Positions 1 to 11,800 of a stretch of DNA of 64,000 bases are shown here, piece after piece. The stretch's first letter is position 1. Every line of letters begins with the position of its first letter. A model generated the notes under the pieces. That model worked only from the letters and a program-made list of their open reading frames with translations, ran no database searches and was not told the origin of the DNA. Both the position numbers and the translations under genes were made by a program. The stretch comes from Ptychomitrium polyphyllum (lineage: Eukaryota), in assembly GCA_973851085.1 (NCBI GenBank), contig OZ316775.1:19530001-19594000 (forward strand), in the 5' to 3' direction.

Positions 1-620
1 TTGGTTTGGATGGATATTGTCAATGGAACTTACAAATTTTTACTAATAAATTAGTAAGGTTATTAACTTACTTCCATGTATGTGCACTAATATCAAATCC
101 ATACCAATGGACCAAGTATTCCAACTTTTTACATCTTATCAGTAAACCAAGCACTTCTTCCACTTCAAATTCATGATGATCGTTGATTTTGACCACAAGT
201 GGTGGCAATTACCTTTATCCACGGATAGTTGATTCCTTATAAACTTCCAAAAATAAAACATAAAAGAATAGATATACTTTCATTAATATTGGTAGTTCCA
301 AACAATGTACCATGTAGTTGACTTGATTTTGAATTGCAAATGGTTCTAATCTACGATAGTTCAATTTATTATATGGCCTCTTACTCTTTATATTGCGTTA
401 AAGGAACCACATCGTTTTACCAATTTGAAATGGAAGTTGTTCATTATTTGTTGTATTTGCTGCAATTTTGTATTGTCCTTAAGTTTCTTTTAGTTGAGCC
501 TTCATGGTTTCTTGAAGCTTTGCCATTCTTGTGGTAGATTCCTCTACTATTAGAGTTTCAAATTGTAGAGGCTATAATATATCTATCTTTGGATGATGCC
601 TATAATTGGAATAGAATGGC
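1..620 (-). mobile_element. Decayed Ty3/gypsy (chromovirus-type) pol C-terminus: integrase tail and chromodomain
   Basis: Minus-strand translation of ~3-205 gives PPLVVKINDHHEFEVEEVLGLLIRCKKLEYLVHWYGFDISAHTWK*VNNL..FH*QYPSKP, a chromodomain pattern (EVEE..YLVHWxG...TW) with stops. ~560-620 gives PFYSNYRHHP, typical of the integrase tail. Confidence 0.85.
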
Positions 621-1364
621 ATTGTCGTGGTGAGAGTGGTAACTACAGGAAATACAAGGTCTTTTTTAGCATTTAATTGATCAAGGTCAAGATGCATGAA
701 GAGTTTCCATTTCTAACACCCAATGAAGCAAATACCCTATCCCAAATTTTCCTTCTAAACTGCCTTGAAAATCCCGAATGCTAAATATGTCATAACTTCT
801 AGCAAACTAATCCAAAGCACCTAAAATTTTAACAAAACCTTTTTAAAACATTCAATAGAGTATATATAAATTTTGGTTGCCAAATCCTTAGTACCCTTTA
901 AGATCCATAACTTCAAAGTTTACATTCTTCATTACTACTATTCCTATATCCCCATCACTTTATCAATTCATAACTTTTTTTTTATGATAAATTCAAATTT
1001 TAAAATTTTGTGTACATAATACTTATCTTAAAATAAACACCTTGTCAAAAGATCAACCTTGGAAAACCCTTCTATCATCTATAATGACCCAAATTGTAGA
1101 ATTCCAAACTCTACTGTACATTGCCTTTTATGTCCCGATTGCATTTGTCTTTGTATCTTTTGCTCAAGAAGTTCAATGTTCACCAAATTTTGACATCGTC
1201 TTTTCAAAGTAATTAAAACCTTTTATTATAAATTTCACTTACAAAAGACTTTACTATAAGAAGGTACAAACATTCAAACTAGCTGCTCTCAGGAACTCAA
1301 GGCAACTAACTTAACTTTATTCAAACTAAAAGCACGACCACATACTAACTCCAAATGGAGCGTG

Positions 1365-2151
1365 TGATGGCTTTCTGGAAAGCTTACAAAGAAAAAAAAA
1401 AAACCAACAAAAACCAACTCAAACTAAGAAGTATACTATAAGATCTCACCCAAAGAAAGGCTGCTTTCTTATTCTAGTAGGAGAGGCCGAGAGGGAAAAA
1501 TGAGGCGGTGGTCAAACCGCCACATCCGCCCTTAATCTCTTCACATCAACTATATCTCTCCACATCAGCCCCTAATCTCCTTTATCAAACCCTTATCTAA
1601 CCAAATCTTCAAATAAAAAACAAGCTAAATCCCTTTCTTTTGCTTTCTTTCTTTTCTTTCTTTTGGTTTAAACTTCTAAATTCCATCTACAAAGAAGATA
1701 AAATCAACTCTCACAAGTTTAAAATAGAAACTACAAAAAACTAAAATAAATTAAATAAAGTAAGAAAAAGATTGAAATTTAATAAAAAACAAGTTAAGAA
1801 TAAAACCATTGTCGAGGTAGGTTCAGACACTAAGTTATAAACTTGGAAGACTGAATAAGTTTCAGCTGCAGAATGGGTCCGAGTTCAATTCTTATCAAAT
1901 TTGTTGAGTAGAACGGCAGCACTTGACTTGGTACTGCTAACGAAAACGGCAGGCAAGAAAAATTACAGTCAATTAGCCTCATCACCCTAAGCTAAGATAA
2001 GATACGGTTTCACTTCCAAGATAAATAAAAATTGTGGTTTCACCACGAGCTTTATATTAATCTAATTTTTTTTTTTTCCTAATATTTTTTTTCAAATACA
2101 CCAAAAAACAAATACTACTCAAAATTTTAAACTACAAAATTAATTACATCA
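1365..2151. mobile_element. Putative LTR (about 790 bp) within the retroelement nest
   Basis: Begins TGATG and ends CATCA (5-bp inverted termini, TG...CA) and abuts the integrase fragment. No matching target-site duplication was found. Confidence 0.45.
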
Positions 2152-2713
2152 GAACAACGTTTGTTGGATGGAAGCATGAGCATTGTTGTATTAGGCAAAC
2201 TCAGCTTATATCAAGAAAGAAGTCTAATCATCTTGTTGGTACTTGATGATATATCTCAAATATTGCTGTAGAATTTGGTTGACTTGCTTTATTTAGCCAT
2301 TGGTTTGAAGATGGAAGGTAGAGAAGAATTTGATGTCTATCTTAAGGTTTTCCAAAGAGTGACTTCCAAAATCTTGATATATATTTTAGCTTACAATTCA
2401 ACATAATATTATTGGATAGTTTATGGTAGCTACAAACGTTATCAATAAAAAATATAGAAGTCTCTTCACTTGTAATTGTCTCCTTGCAAAGTACAAAATA
2501 TGCCATCTTGGTCAACCAATCAACTACTATAAAGACTGGTATCAAAATTATTCAACGGTGGAAGCTCTCTAATGAATTCTATAGAAACTTATAATTACGT
2601 TTGTTTTTATATAGGCAATGGTTGGAGAAGTTTATATGGTTGGTGTTTAAATTTTTTTGATTGCTAACAAGTATTACACAAATGTACAAACACTTTAACA
2701 ACCTTCCACATTT
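2152..2713 (-). mobile_element. Decayed Ty3/gypsy integrase (zinc-finger and core fragment)
   Basis: Minus strand reads MWKVVKVFVHLCNTC*QSK..HQPYKLLQPLP, then VVDWLTKMAYF..., and AEFA*YNNAHASIQQT. Contains stops and frameshifts. Confidence 0.85.
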
Positions 2714-3270
2714 TGTCACGGACATAGACCATGCAATATAGTCCTTAGAACATTTTAGAACCTACTAGTATACTATAGTAGCTTCTTAGAATACTTTTAA
2801 ATGTCTCCATAGCCTTTTCATGTTCTTAAGAAGCTTCCTTGGAAAGTTCTTCCACTTTAGGAAACTTCCTAGAAAGATTCTATTGTTTTCGGTAACTTCT
2901 TAAGAAACTTCCTACGAAGATTCTATCACCTTAGGAAACTTCCTAGAAAGATTTCATCATCTTAGGAAACTTCCTAGGAAAGTTCCTCTACCTTAGGAAA
3001 CTTCTAAGAAAGATTCCAACTCCTTAGAAGTTTCTTAGGAAGGTTCCAACATCTTAGAAAACTTCTTGGGAAAGTTCCCTAAATTTCCTGAACATTCTTA
3101 AGCCTTGTAGGAAGCTTCTTTAGAAGTATCCTAGGAGATACAAACGCCATAATATAAATAGGAGGCAAGACAAGGTATTCCTTAGTCTTGCCAACACAAG
3201 TTGTGGATCATCTTGAATCGTTCCTTGTTCTAGTCCTTGTATCAAGTTTTTGTTAATCATTAGCTACTCT
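2714..3270 (+). mobile_element. LTR-like repeat, copy 1, with an internal ~29-bp tandem array
   Basis: Starts TGTCACGGACATAGACCAT and aligns by eye with 5766-6090 (shared TATAAATAGG..CAAGACAAGG and AATCATTAGC). Array of TTAGGAAACTTCCTAGAAAG-like units at ~2830-3085. Confidence 0.7.
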
Positions 3271-3289
3271 TGAAATATATCATTCATTA

Positions 3290-5300
3290 GGTGTTGAAAA
3301 ATGGTGCATGCGTTGATCAATCCAAAATGTATGATATTGTATTTAAAATATTCATACCTTGTTTGAAATGTTGTCTTCTATTTGTCTCTTTCTTTGATAT
3401 GCACCAAGTTATAGACTCTTCATTGATCTATTTTGGTATAGTTCTTTGCTTAGCCAAGTTGATCAAGAAATTTAGATATCGATAGCAATAAGTATTGGTT
3501 CTTTATTATTACTTTGATGAGGCCCTAGAAATTAACATACATTTGTAAAAATCCATCTTTCTTCTTTACAAAAAGCATTGGAGCACCAAAAGAAGACTTT
3601 GAATTTTGAATGAAGTTCTTGGCTAGATTTTCATCAAGACATTCTTATAATGTTGAAAGCTTGTTTTGAGATAAGTTATAGATAGGTCCAAATAGTGGTT
3701 GAGTGCCATCTTGGAGGTCAATGGCACAATGGTAGGGATGATGTTTAAATAGAATATTTTCATTTTTCTTTTCAAATACATCTTGGAACTCCTTATATTT
3801 TTTTGGAATGATTGATGATAAAACCACATCTGTGGACATTAGAATTGCATACATAGCAAAAGAAGTGCCATTTTTTTGTGCTCTCATAAATTCTTTCTCT
3901 CTAATAAAAAGAAGTTTTGTGGCCTTAAGTTTATGCAATGTATGAACTATCTCTCTAAGATTGGTAGGTACAAGTTCTAGTATATTCTAATTTATAAGAT
4001 GTCCAATTTATTAGCGAGTTGTACTTTTTAAACCAAGAGAGTTTTAGGATGATGAGACTTGATAGAGACCTAATGACATTAAATACTTTTTGATTACTAT
4101 GGTTGTCCAAGTTACTTTTAATGGATTGGTGTCATAAATAACATCTTTAGAAGATAAAGTTTAGCCATTTATGACTTATATATGGACCGGTTGGGATTTT
4201 TTAATTAAAAAAAACTTATGGATTTTCAAAAAAATTTCATCAATAAAACAATCAGACGCCCATGAATCTAACAAAGCTAGGTTTTTGAGCTTTTGAGTAC
4301 CTAAACCAACAAGTATATTAAAATAAGAGAAATGGTGGACTAAAAAGACAAGACCTTTTCTTTCTCGCAACTGAGGTGGATCTAGCCGCATGGTCTCCAC
4401 TATAGTTGGACATCTTGTTTTTTTGCAAATCATTTGGCGTCTTGGTTATACCTCTCATTTGATATATACATAGGAGTTTTTATGGGCAGTTGTCAACTTT
4501 GTGGCTAGGTTTTTTATAGTACAAACACAACCTTTGTTTTATTTGTTGCTTCTTCTCATATTCAGTACAAGGCTTAAAGCAAACCTCATCAATTTGCATG
4601 GCTTTTACTTCCAGATACTTATTAAAGGTAGACAGGGCTAAGGCTATTGAAAAGTTGATATATGGTTGTGGCATTATTAAAGCATGTTTATCTTGCCGAC
4701 GTTGAAATAGATGGTTATTGTATTTCAAAGCTTAATTAAAGGCCTCATCAAGTATTAGAGAATCTGGCAAGGATAGCGACAAATCCTTAACTTTGTCACG
4801 TAGTCTCCAATGAAATTAACTCATTAACACTGCTTCTCTCCAGTTAATGTTGTATGCAAGGTATCAAAATTTTGATGTATAAAGTGACATCAAACGTGGC
4901 TTTTGGCACAAGGAAAAAATCTTAATAGTTGTAAAACAAAGCTTATTATGATTACCAAATGTTTTTGCAAAAGCAACTAGGAACGCATTAAAGTTACTAC
5001 GTATGGACGAATTCTTCTCAAAAAGTGGTGCAAATCAGGACAATGCTTGTCTTGAGAGCAATATTCTTACCAAACCAATGAATGAAGCGTCCGTAGGATA
5101 TTGTTAAGGCTAAGCAAAGTAACTAGTTGAATTTCATTTATAAAGCCTTGAAATTTTGAACACGTATTGTTGAACTTCTTTAGAAGGCTAATTCTTAAGT
5201 CTTTGGTTGCTGATATTGAATTGCCGACTTGAATTTGTACTTCTAGTACTAAAGCAGATTTAAACAATAAAGCACCTAAAGTAATTTGGAGTAGTAATTA
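3290..5300 (-). mobile_element. Decayed Ty3/gypsy gag - protease - start of reverse transcriptase
   Basis: Gag-like: KKFNNTCSKFQGFINEIQLV, AMQIDEV and the zinc-knuckle remnant RLCLYYKKPSHKVDNCP. Protease-like: ALLDSWASDCFID. RT N-terminus: IPKKYKEFQDVFEKK..HHPYHCAIDLQDGTQPLFGPIYNLSQ. Many stops. Confidence 0.9.
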
Positions 5301-5765
5301 GGGTGTTTCTGCTCCTTAGCCATTATATTTGGTTAAATAAAATTCTTCATTTTGCTTGGATAAAGTCTTGGTTTTTATCCTTAATGCCTTAAGAATATTG
5401 ATAATGGAATCTAATTTGGCTTCTTTTTAATCAATTATATTAACCTTTTCACCTCTTAGCATGAAAACAAAATAAAAAGTACTAAATAAATAAAACCAAG
5501 GAAGATTCAAGAAGCAATATCAACTTAAAGGAGGATAATCCGCAACTTCTAAAGCATTATAATACTTTTAAAAAGAAGGATGTTTTGCTCTCTATTAAGA
5601 AAGATCAAGTTTTGATATTATAATATGATAGTCTTAATAAACTTTTATAGACAAAGCAACTACAAGGTAAGATTTCAAGACTCTTGGATATGGAGCAAGG
5701 TATGTTCAAGGTATATTAGAAGCAAAAAGCTATAATAAGGTACAAAGACATGGCCAGAAGGTCTC

Positions 5766-6090
5766 TGTTACGAACATAGATCATACAACATAGCCTTAAT
5801 AACCTTCTAGAATCTTTTAGTATATTGAAGTAGTTTTTCAGAAAACTTTCAATGTTTCCATAGTTATTTCCATTTCCTTGAGAAACTTCCTTGGAAGGTT
5901 CCCGTAGACTTCCAAAAAAATTTTAAGCCTCATAGGAAGCTTTTTTAAAAGTATTGTAGGAGATATAAGCGTTATAATATAAATAGGAAGCAAGACAAGG
6001 CATAACTTAGTTTTGCTAATATAATTTATGGATCATATTGTATCCTGCCTTGCTCTAGTTTTTGTATCAATTCTTAATAATCATTAGCGC
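5766..6090 (+). mobile_element. LTR-like repeat, copy 2 (lacks the internal array expansion)
   Basis: TGTTACGAACATAGATCAT... is collinear with 2714-3270 in the same orientation. Confidence 0.7.
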
Positions 6091-8763
6091 TTTGGAAGCT
6101 AATTTTTAAAAAACACTTTGTTTTTATTTTTTGATTTTTTGTTACTAACAGCTTGAACTATATGACACGAGACATGTTGCTGAGATTGAAGATCTCTTAA
6201 GCCTCAATTCCTATATATATTAAGATTATAAGCCTTGGAAGCTTCTTGAAAAACTTCTAGTATATATTTTTATATTTAAGCAACCTTAAGTTGCTTCTTT
6301 AGAAGCTTTTTGAATCAAGGTAACTTCCTAGGAAGCTTCTTTTATGGTAACTTCTTTAAAAGCTTTTTAACTCTAGGTAACTTCCTTAAAAACTTCCTAA
6401 ATCTTCTAAATGCCTGTTTAGATATTTTTAATATGTATGTTTATGATAGCTATTGTCATTGCAAATATTTTTTCAAATTTTATTTATGGCATGTAAAGAA
6501 ATTAATTGTTGCATAAGAATAATATTCTTTTGTATAAAAATAATCTAAATCCTCTATACGTTGCAAATGTTCTAAGGTACCTTATTAAATTATATTATTG
6601 AAAGTATTTTTGTCTTTATAAAGTTTTAAGAAAAGATTTTTTTATTGATTTTTACGCATCTTTTAATATTCCTTAGTATAATTTACTAGTGCTTTGAGTA
6701 AGGTTACAATGGACTAACTTTGTCTCCATGTCATTATTGCTTATGATGAATGAAAAGGCCACAAAGCACCATATTCATTAAAATAAGACATTATAAAGTT
6801 CTAATGTTTGACATCTTAAACTTTCTAAGATAATGACTGAAATTTCAAAATGGGCGTTTTTTTCCAATATAATAAAGATGAAAAATCTAGATATACAGGT
6901 AAAAGGCATTTTAGATCCTTATTTAACACCAATAAAAAGTCCAATAGGATAATAAGCCATTTTATGTATTAATTAATAAGTTTGGAAAGTCTTGTAAGAA
7001 ATTTTTAATTTTTTTTAGGTTTTTATTTTTTTGTGTATTTTGAAAAGATGGATTTAACAACATAATGGTGGCTTAAATTACATTATGGAGGCGCAGTGGA
7101 TTTTTCTACTTTAAAATTCGTACCAAAAAAAAGTCAATTTTTGAAAGTAATATTGTATGAAGAAGCAATTTTAACTTGAAACAATAGAAAAGACAATTAT
7201 GCTTGAAAATTATTGAATGCTTTTAAAAGGCACAACATATCTACTTGCATCTAATTTAGATAAAATCAGATTTTATAGGATTTTTGTAAAGAATACAATT
7301 TAAAAGGTTCTAAAGGATAAAAAATATCCATAATTAAATTTAAAAAATGATTAATTACTTTTACAAAATTTTCTATATTAAATAATTATATGCTTTTGTA
7401 GAATTTTAATTTAAATAAATATATTAATTTTTCAAAAAAAAATTCTATTTATAATGAAATTTTTGGAAATTCTATACTATACATATAATTTTAGAATAGA
7501 ATTTCTATAGCATTTGAACTTTTAAGCATGCAAAAAAATAAAATATATTATTCTAAATAAATTTTTAAAAATATGTTATTCTATTATATATATATGTGTA
7601 TATGTATATTTGAAAGGATATATTATATGGAGAAACATAAATTTTCATTAGTACTTAATAAAAAAAAAGACATTTATACTCTTCATGACTTTTACCCCCT
7701 TCTCAAGAAATTTCAATTTTAAATGTCACCAATAAGTTTTAATACGTTTTGAAACAAGGCTTGGGTGTAATTGGACTCACCCTTCATCCACCATGAGTCA
7801 ATCGCCACAACATCTTGCAGCTTCCATATCACTTTTTTCATCCTTTTTTTGAAAGGAGCAGCTGAACAGCACTTCCCGGAAGTCTTTTCAAGTAAGACTC
7901 CTTCAATCCACAGCTGAGAAGGGAAGAACTAAATGCAACGTTCACAATGCAACACACTCAATAGGGCAAGGCAACACAACAAGTCTATCTCAATCACCTG
8001 CGCTTGACTGCTATGAGATCAAAGTCCCCAGCAAAACTCTCTTCGTTCAAACCAGAGAGCAAAATCCTTACCCATGGAAGCACACACGGTGCAAGTATAA
8101 AATACAGTGTACTATACAACACCGCTTTAGAAATCCTGAATCCACAATACTACTATGTACAATGCCTTTACAACTCTTCGTCCTTCAGGAACATTAATTA
8201 CGATAGTGACCCGCAGCAGTTCACGGTCAGAAGGTGTCGCTCACGCTCTCATACCACCAGATATCGTCGACGCAGAGCCCTGGAACGACGCCCGTCCATC
8301 GGTAGAGCGACCAGAGGCTCCACAAAGCCTGCACAGCCGAGTCGGCGTACATCCACACCACACGATCGCCGCATCTCCTGAGCCGTATTTCGCCCCGTCT
8401 CAAAAACCGCCATCCTCTACTACTGAAGTACATTCCACTTTGTAAATCTATATCAGACAATTCTGACAACGCTGCACGAACTCGCAGATCTTTCAATAAG
8501 GTGTACAGAAGTTGTAGATGATGCCGGTTTTGGGGACGATGACGGTATTTAGTATAGACTCGAAAGATGCTTGTCGAGTCGTCGATTGCGCACACTGAGT
8601 GGAAATGCGCACAAGTGGTAAATTCATTCTAGGAATCGCCTGGAAATCGCCGAGACTGAAGTGAATGAAGCGAATGAAGAGAATTGTCGAAAGCACCGGA
8701 GCGCTGGTGGCGCCTCGAGGTGGCAGGTAGTGCGATTACAAGGGAGACAGGAGGAGAAACAAG

Positions 8764-8788
8764 CAGAGAGAGAGAGAGAGAGAGAGAT
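8764..8788. repeat. (GA)n microsatellite
   Basis: AGAGAG... run about 110 bp upstream of the E2 start codon. Confidence 0.9.
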
Positions 8789-8898
8789 CGAAGGCATCCT
8801 GGTTTGCTAGATTCATCTGGGGATCTTCCTGTTTCCGTTGCAGAGGTGAGTTTGTGGAGATCCGACTGTGGGCTTGTGGGTTAGGGTTCAGGGCGGCC

Positions 8899-11800
8899 AT
8901 GGCAGCGACATGGCGAGCTCGGGCGATGCAGGAGCGGATGGCGAGAGCTCTCTCGGGCAACGTCTTTGGAGCTCGCACAGTCGCCGCGCGCCACTACCCT
9001 CGGTATTGCATGCACTTAACCAGCCACCGTCGGATTCTACGAGGGTTCTTTTGGTGGGATTGTCTAGAACCTGACTCTACGCTGTATGGGTCTGATCGGG
9101 TGACCTATCTCTCTGGTTCGAGATTGAATGAGGGTTTTTTCGGTCACAATGTGGGGAATTGGGACTGTGTAGTTAGGATTCGATCTAGTACTCTGTTGTT
9201 GCGAGTTCTGCTTGAAGTTCAGAGAGTTTGGGTTCTATGGGCAGTTGCGGATGTTACGGATACTGAGGAGGCCGTATGGATGGTAGTTGTTACGAGAAGT
9301 GATTACATCCTTGTTTCTGAGGAGATGATGGACTTTCTTATATGTCGATCGTTGAATTCTTGTCTTTGACATTTTAGTGAGGCTAGTTTTAACCTCGTTT
9401 GTTTCTGAGGATGGAGGAACCGCATTCTTTTAGAGGTCTCTAGATGGTTTATGGCAAAGTATGAGGATTAGGGCTCAGCTTTGCGTATCGCTGTCCTTCC
9501 TAGGGTATTTCCATTTAGGCGTACGAGGCTTTGTAGAGCGAGAACTGGTTGAGATTGTGCAGTGAAGATCACATGAATGTGTCGATAGTCATTTTTGCGT
9601 TTAAGTGAAGAGTTTTGGACGAGCTCTGTATGGGCGTTTTCTGAATAATTCGAAGCAATGTGTTGAAAACCTAATCTAGACGTATGTTGTCTTTAGGATG
9701 TTAGCGGTGTTGAATACGCGGGTTCTCATATGTTCGTTCCTATTGAACTAAGTTGCTGATTGTTCTTATGGTACTGAACGTATGCAGTCCTCCTGGGGGC
9801 CGGCCAAACAAATTGGATTGTGAGCTGTCAAAGAGGTGTGTGTATAAATCATTTTCGTGAATTTGTTCAGAAGGTAGATGTTAACTACGAATTTGTTGAT
9901 AATGTAGTTGTCCTTGGTTGACATGTAATGATAGTTGGGGACCTGAGTGTTGCTGGACAATAAATGCCTGAATATCTGCACGTACCGATGCTGATAGCTT
10001 TCTGCGATTCAAGATCCTGATTTATGACAATAGCAGCATGATTTATTTAATGCAATGCTCCGTGATTTTCTGGATGCATGTGCTTCTAAGGATTAGCAAG
10101 GGTCGATTTTGACAAGTTGTTATTGACCTTGTACACTATTTTCTTAAAACAGGAGTGACTTCACTACAGTGTCGTTTATTGGGGAACGCCATGGATTTTT
10201 GACTTCTAAGGTACATTTCGGTTTGTTTTATGGATACGTTTAGTATACAAAACTGTTGTAGCTCATGATATAAGATACCGACTGAACATAAAAGCGATTC
10301 TGCTTGATAAATTTTAGTACCCTTGAAATTGAATTGTAAACGATTTTCTAGAGTATCTGTCCGTGGCACTTGCAATAAGTCGCAATGAGCTTTGAACTGC
10401 ACCAGGATAGAAGTTTAAAAAAAGACATTTCGTCTTCACTTGAAAGAGGCTCAATAATTAAATAATAGATTTGCTATCCATTAGTTTGAAAAGCCTACTT
10501 TGCACTCCAAAGAAGAGGTGAGCTCCTCTGATCTGGAGTCTGCTTGTGACTAGTATCTGAAATTTGGATTGTGGTGTGGGTTGCTCGTGTTGGTATCTGG
10601 GATGATGAGTAGTTTGCTGGTGGTGTTCGCGGATATGCTTCTGGAGGTACATTATCCTCATCTGTATGTCGCTTTGCTTGAAGCATTAAGACCTTATATA
10701 CGGTGCTTTTCCGTATGCTATGAGAAGCAGCCATATTCGTCAATATCGAAGTTCATCTATGAATCAGGTGCCGAAATTAGGATTGGATGCTGTAGTTACT
10801 AGCTAGGTCTGAACCACTTCTAGGTAAGGGTGCTGCATAACTTTTGCGATTCGTTTTACTGACGGAATAAAGTGCGGGCTGAGACCACAGATCTACCCGC
10901 TCATGAAATTATTACAATGCCTGCGTTGTCACCAACAATGGTAATTTAATTCTGTCCTTTAAGACCCAAATTTAAGTATTAATGGTTTTAGAAGCTGTAA
11001 TTTTTTCTGTGTTTCCTTTTGATCTTCATCTCCCGTTTAACGATCATGTCTTTACCGATGAAAGTCTGTTTGTCTTACAGACTCAAGGAAACGTTGGGAA
11101 GTGGAAAAAGACTGTAGGAGATGAGGTGAGAGCCCTCCTACCAAGGAAGATATTTCCTGTATCTTTCCTCTCTTGCAATTAGGTGACAAATGTTTATCGA
11201 CATACTGAATAAGGAAATTTGTTTCAGGTAGCAGCTGGTGAAGTTTTGTGCGACATCGAAACGGACAAAGCTACTCTTGACCTAGAGTGCATGGAAGATG
11301 GGTTAGTTTCTCTGGAGTTCTTTTTTATTGTTTTAATCACTTGTAGTTGCAGGGAAGTTTACAGTGCAGTTTGTTTCGTTCTAAAGCACTTCTTGAATAA
11401 CTGAATTTGGCATTGTAGTCAATAGGAATTGTCAATGGCAATCTGAAACTCTACCCTCAAACCAGAGTTCCTGCACGCTGTTTGCTTGTTTGTCTTTGAA
11501 TCTCTTTCTCCATGTGCCACGTTTGGTGCAGTTTCGTTGTTTCTCAGGAAAACGTGATCTCAAGTACCCGTGATTTTCATATTGCAGAGAATCACTTATA
11601 TCCATTGTGTTTGCAGAATTTTAGCGAAAATCCTGATGCCAGCTGGTACAAAGGATGTGCCTGTCGGGAAGCCTCTTTGTATTATTGTAAGCTCTAACTC
11701 ACACTTGCACCTTACTAGGTAGCAGAATTGTATGTACCAATCTGTCTTTCATAACGCGATGTTGGCTTATCGTCTAATTTCAGACATCCTCGTCATGGAG

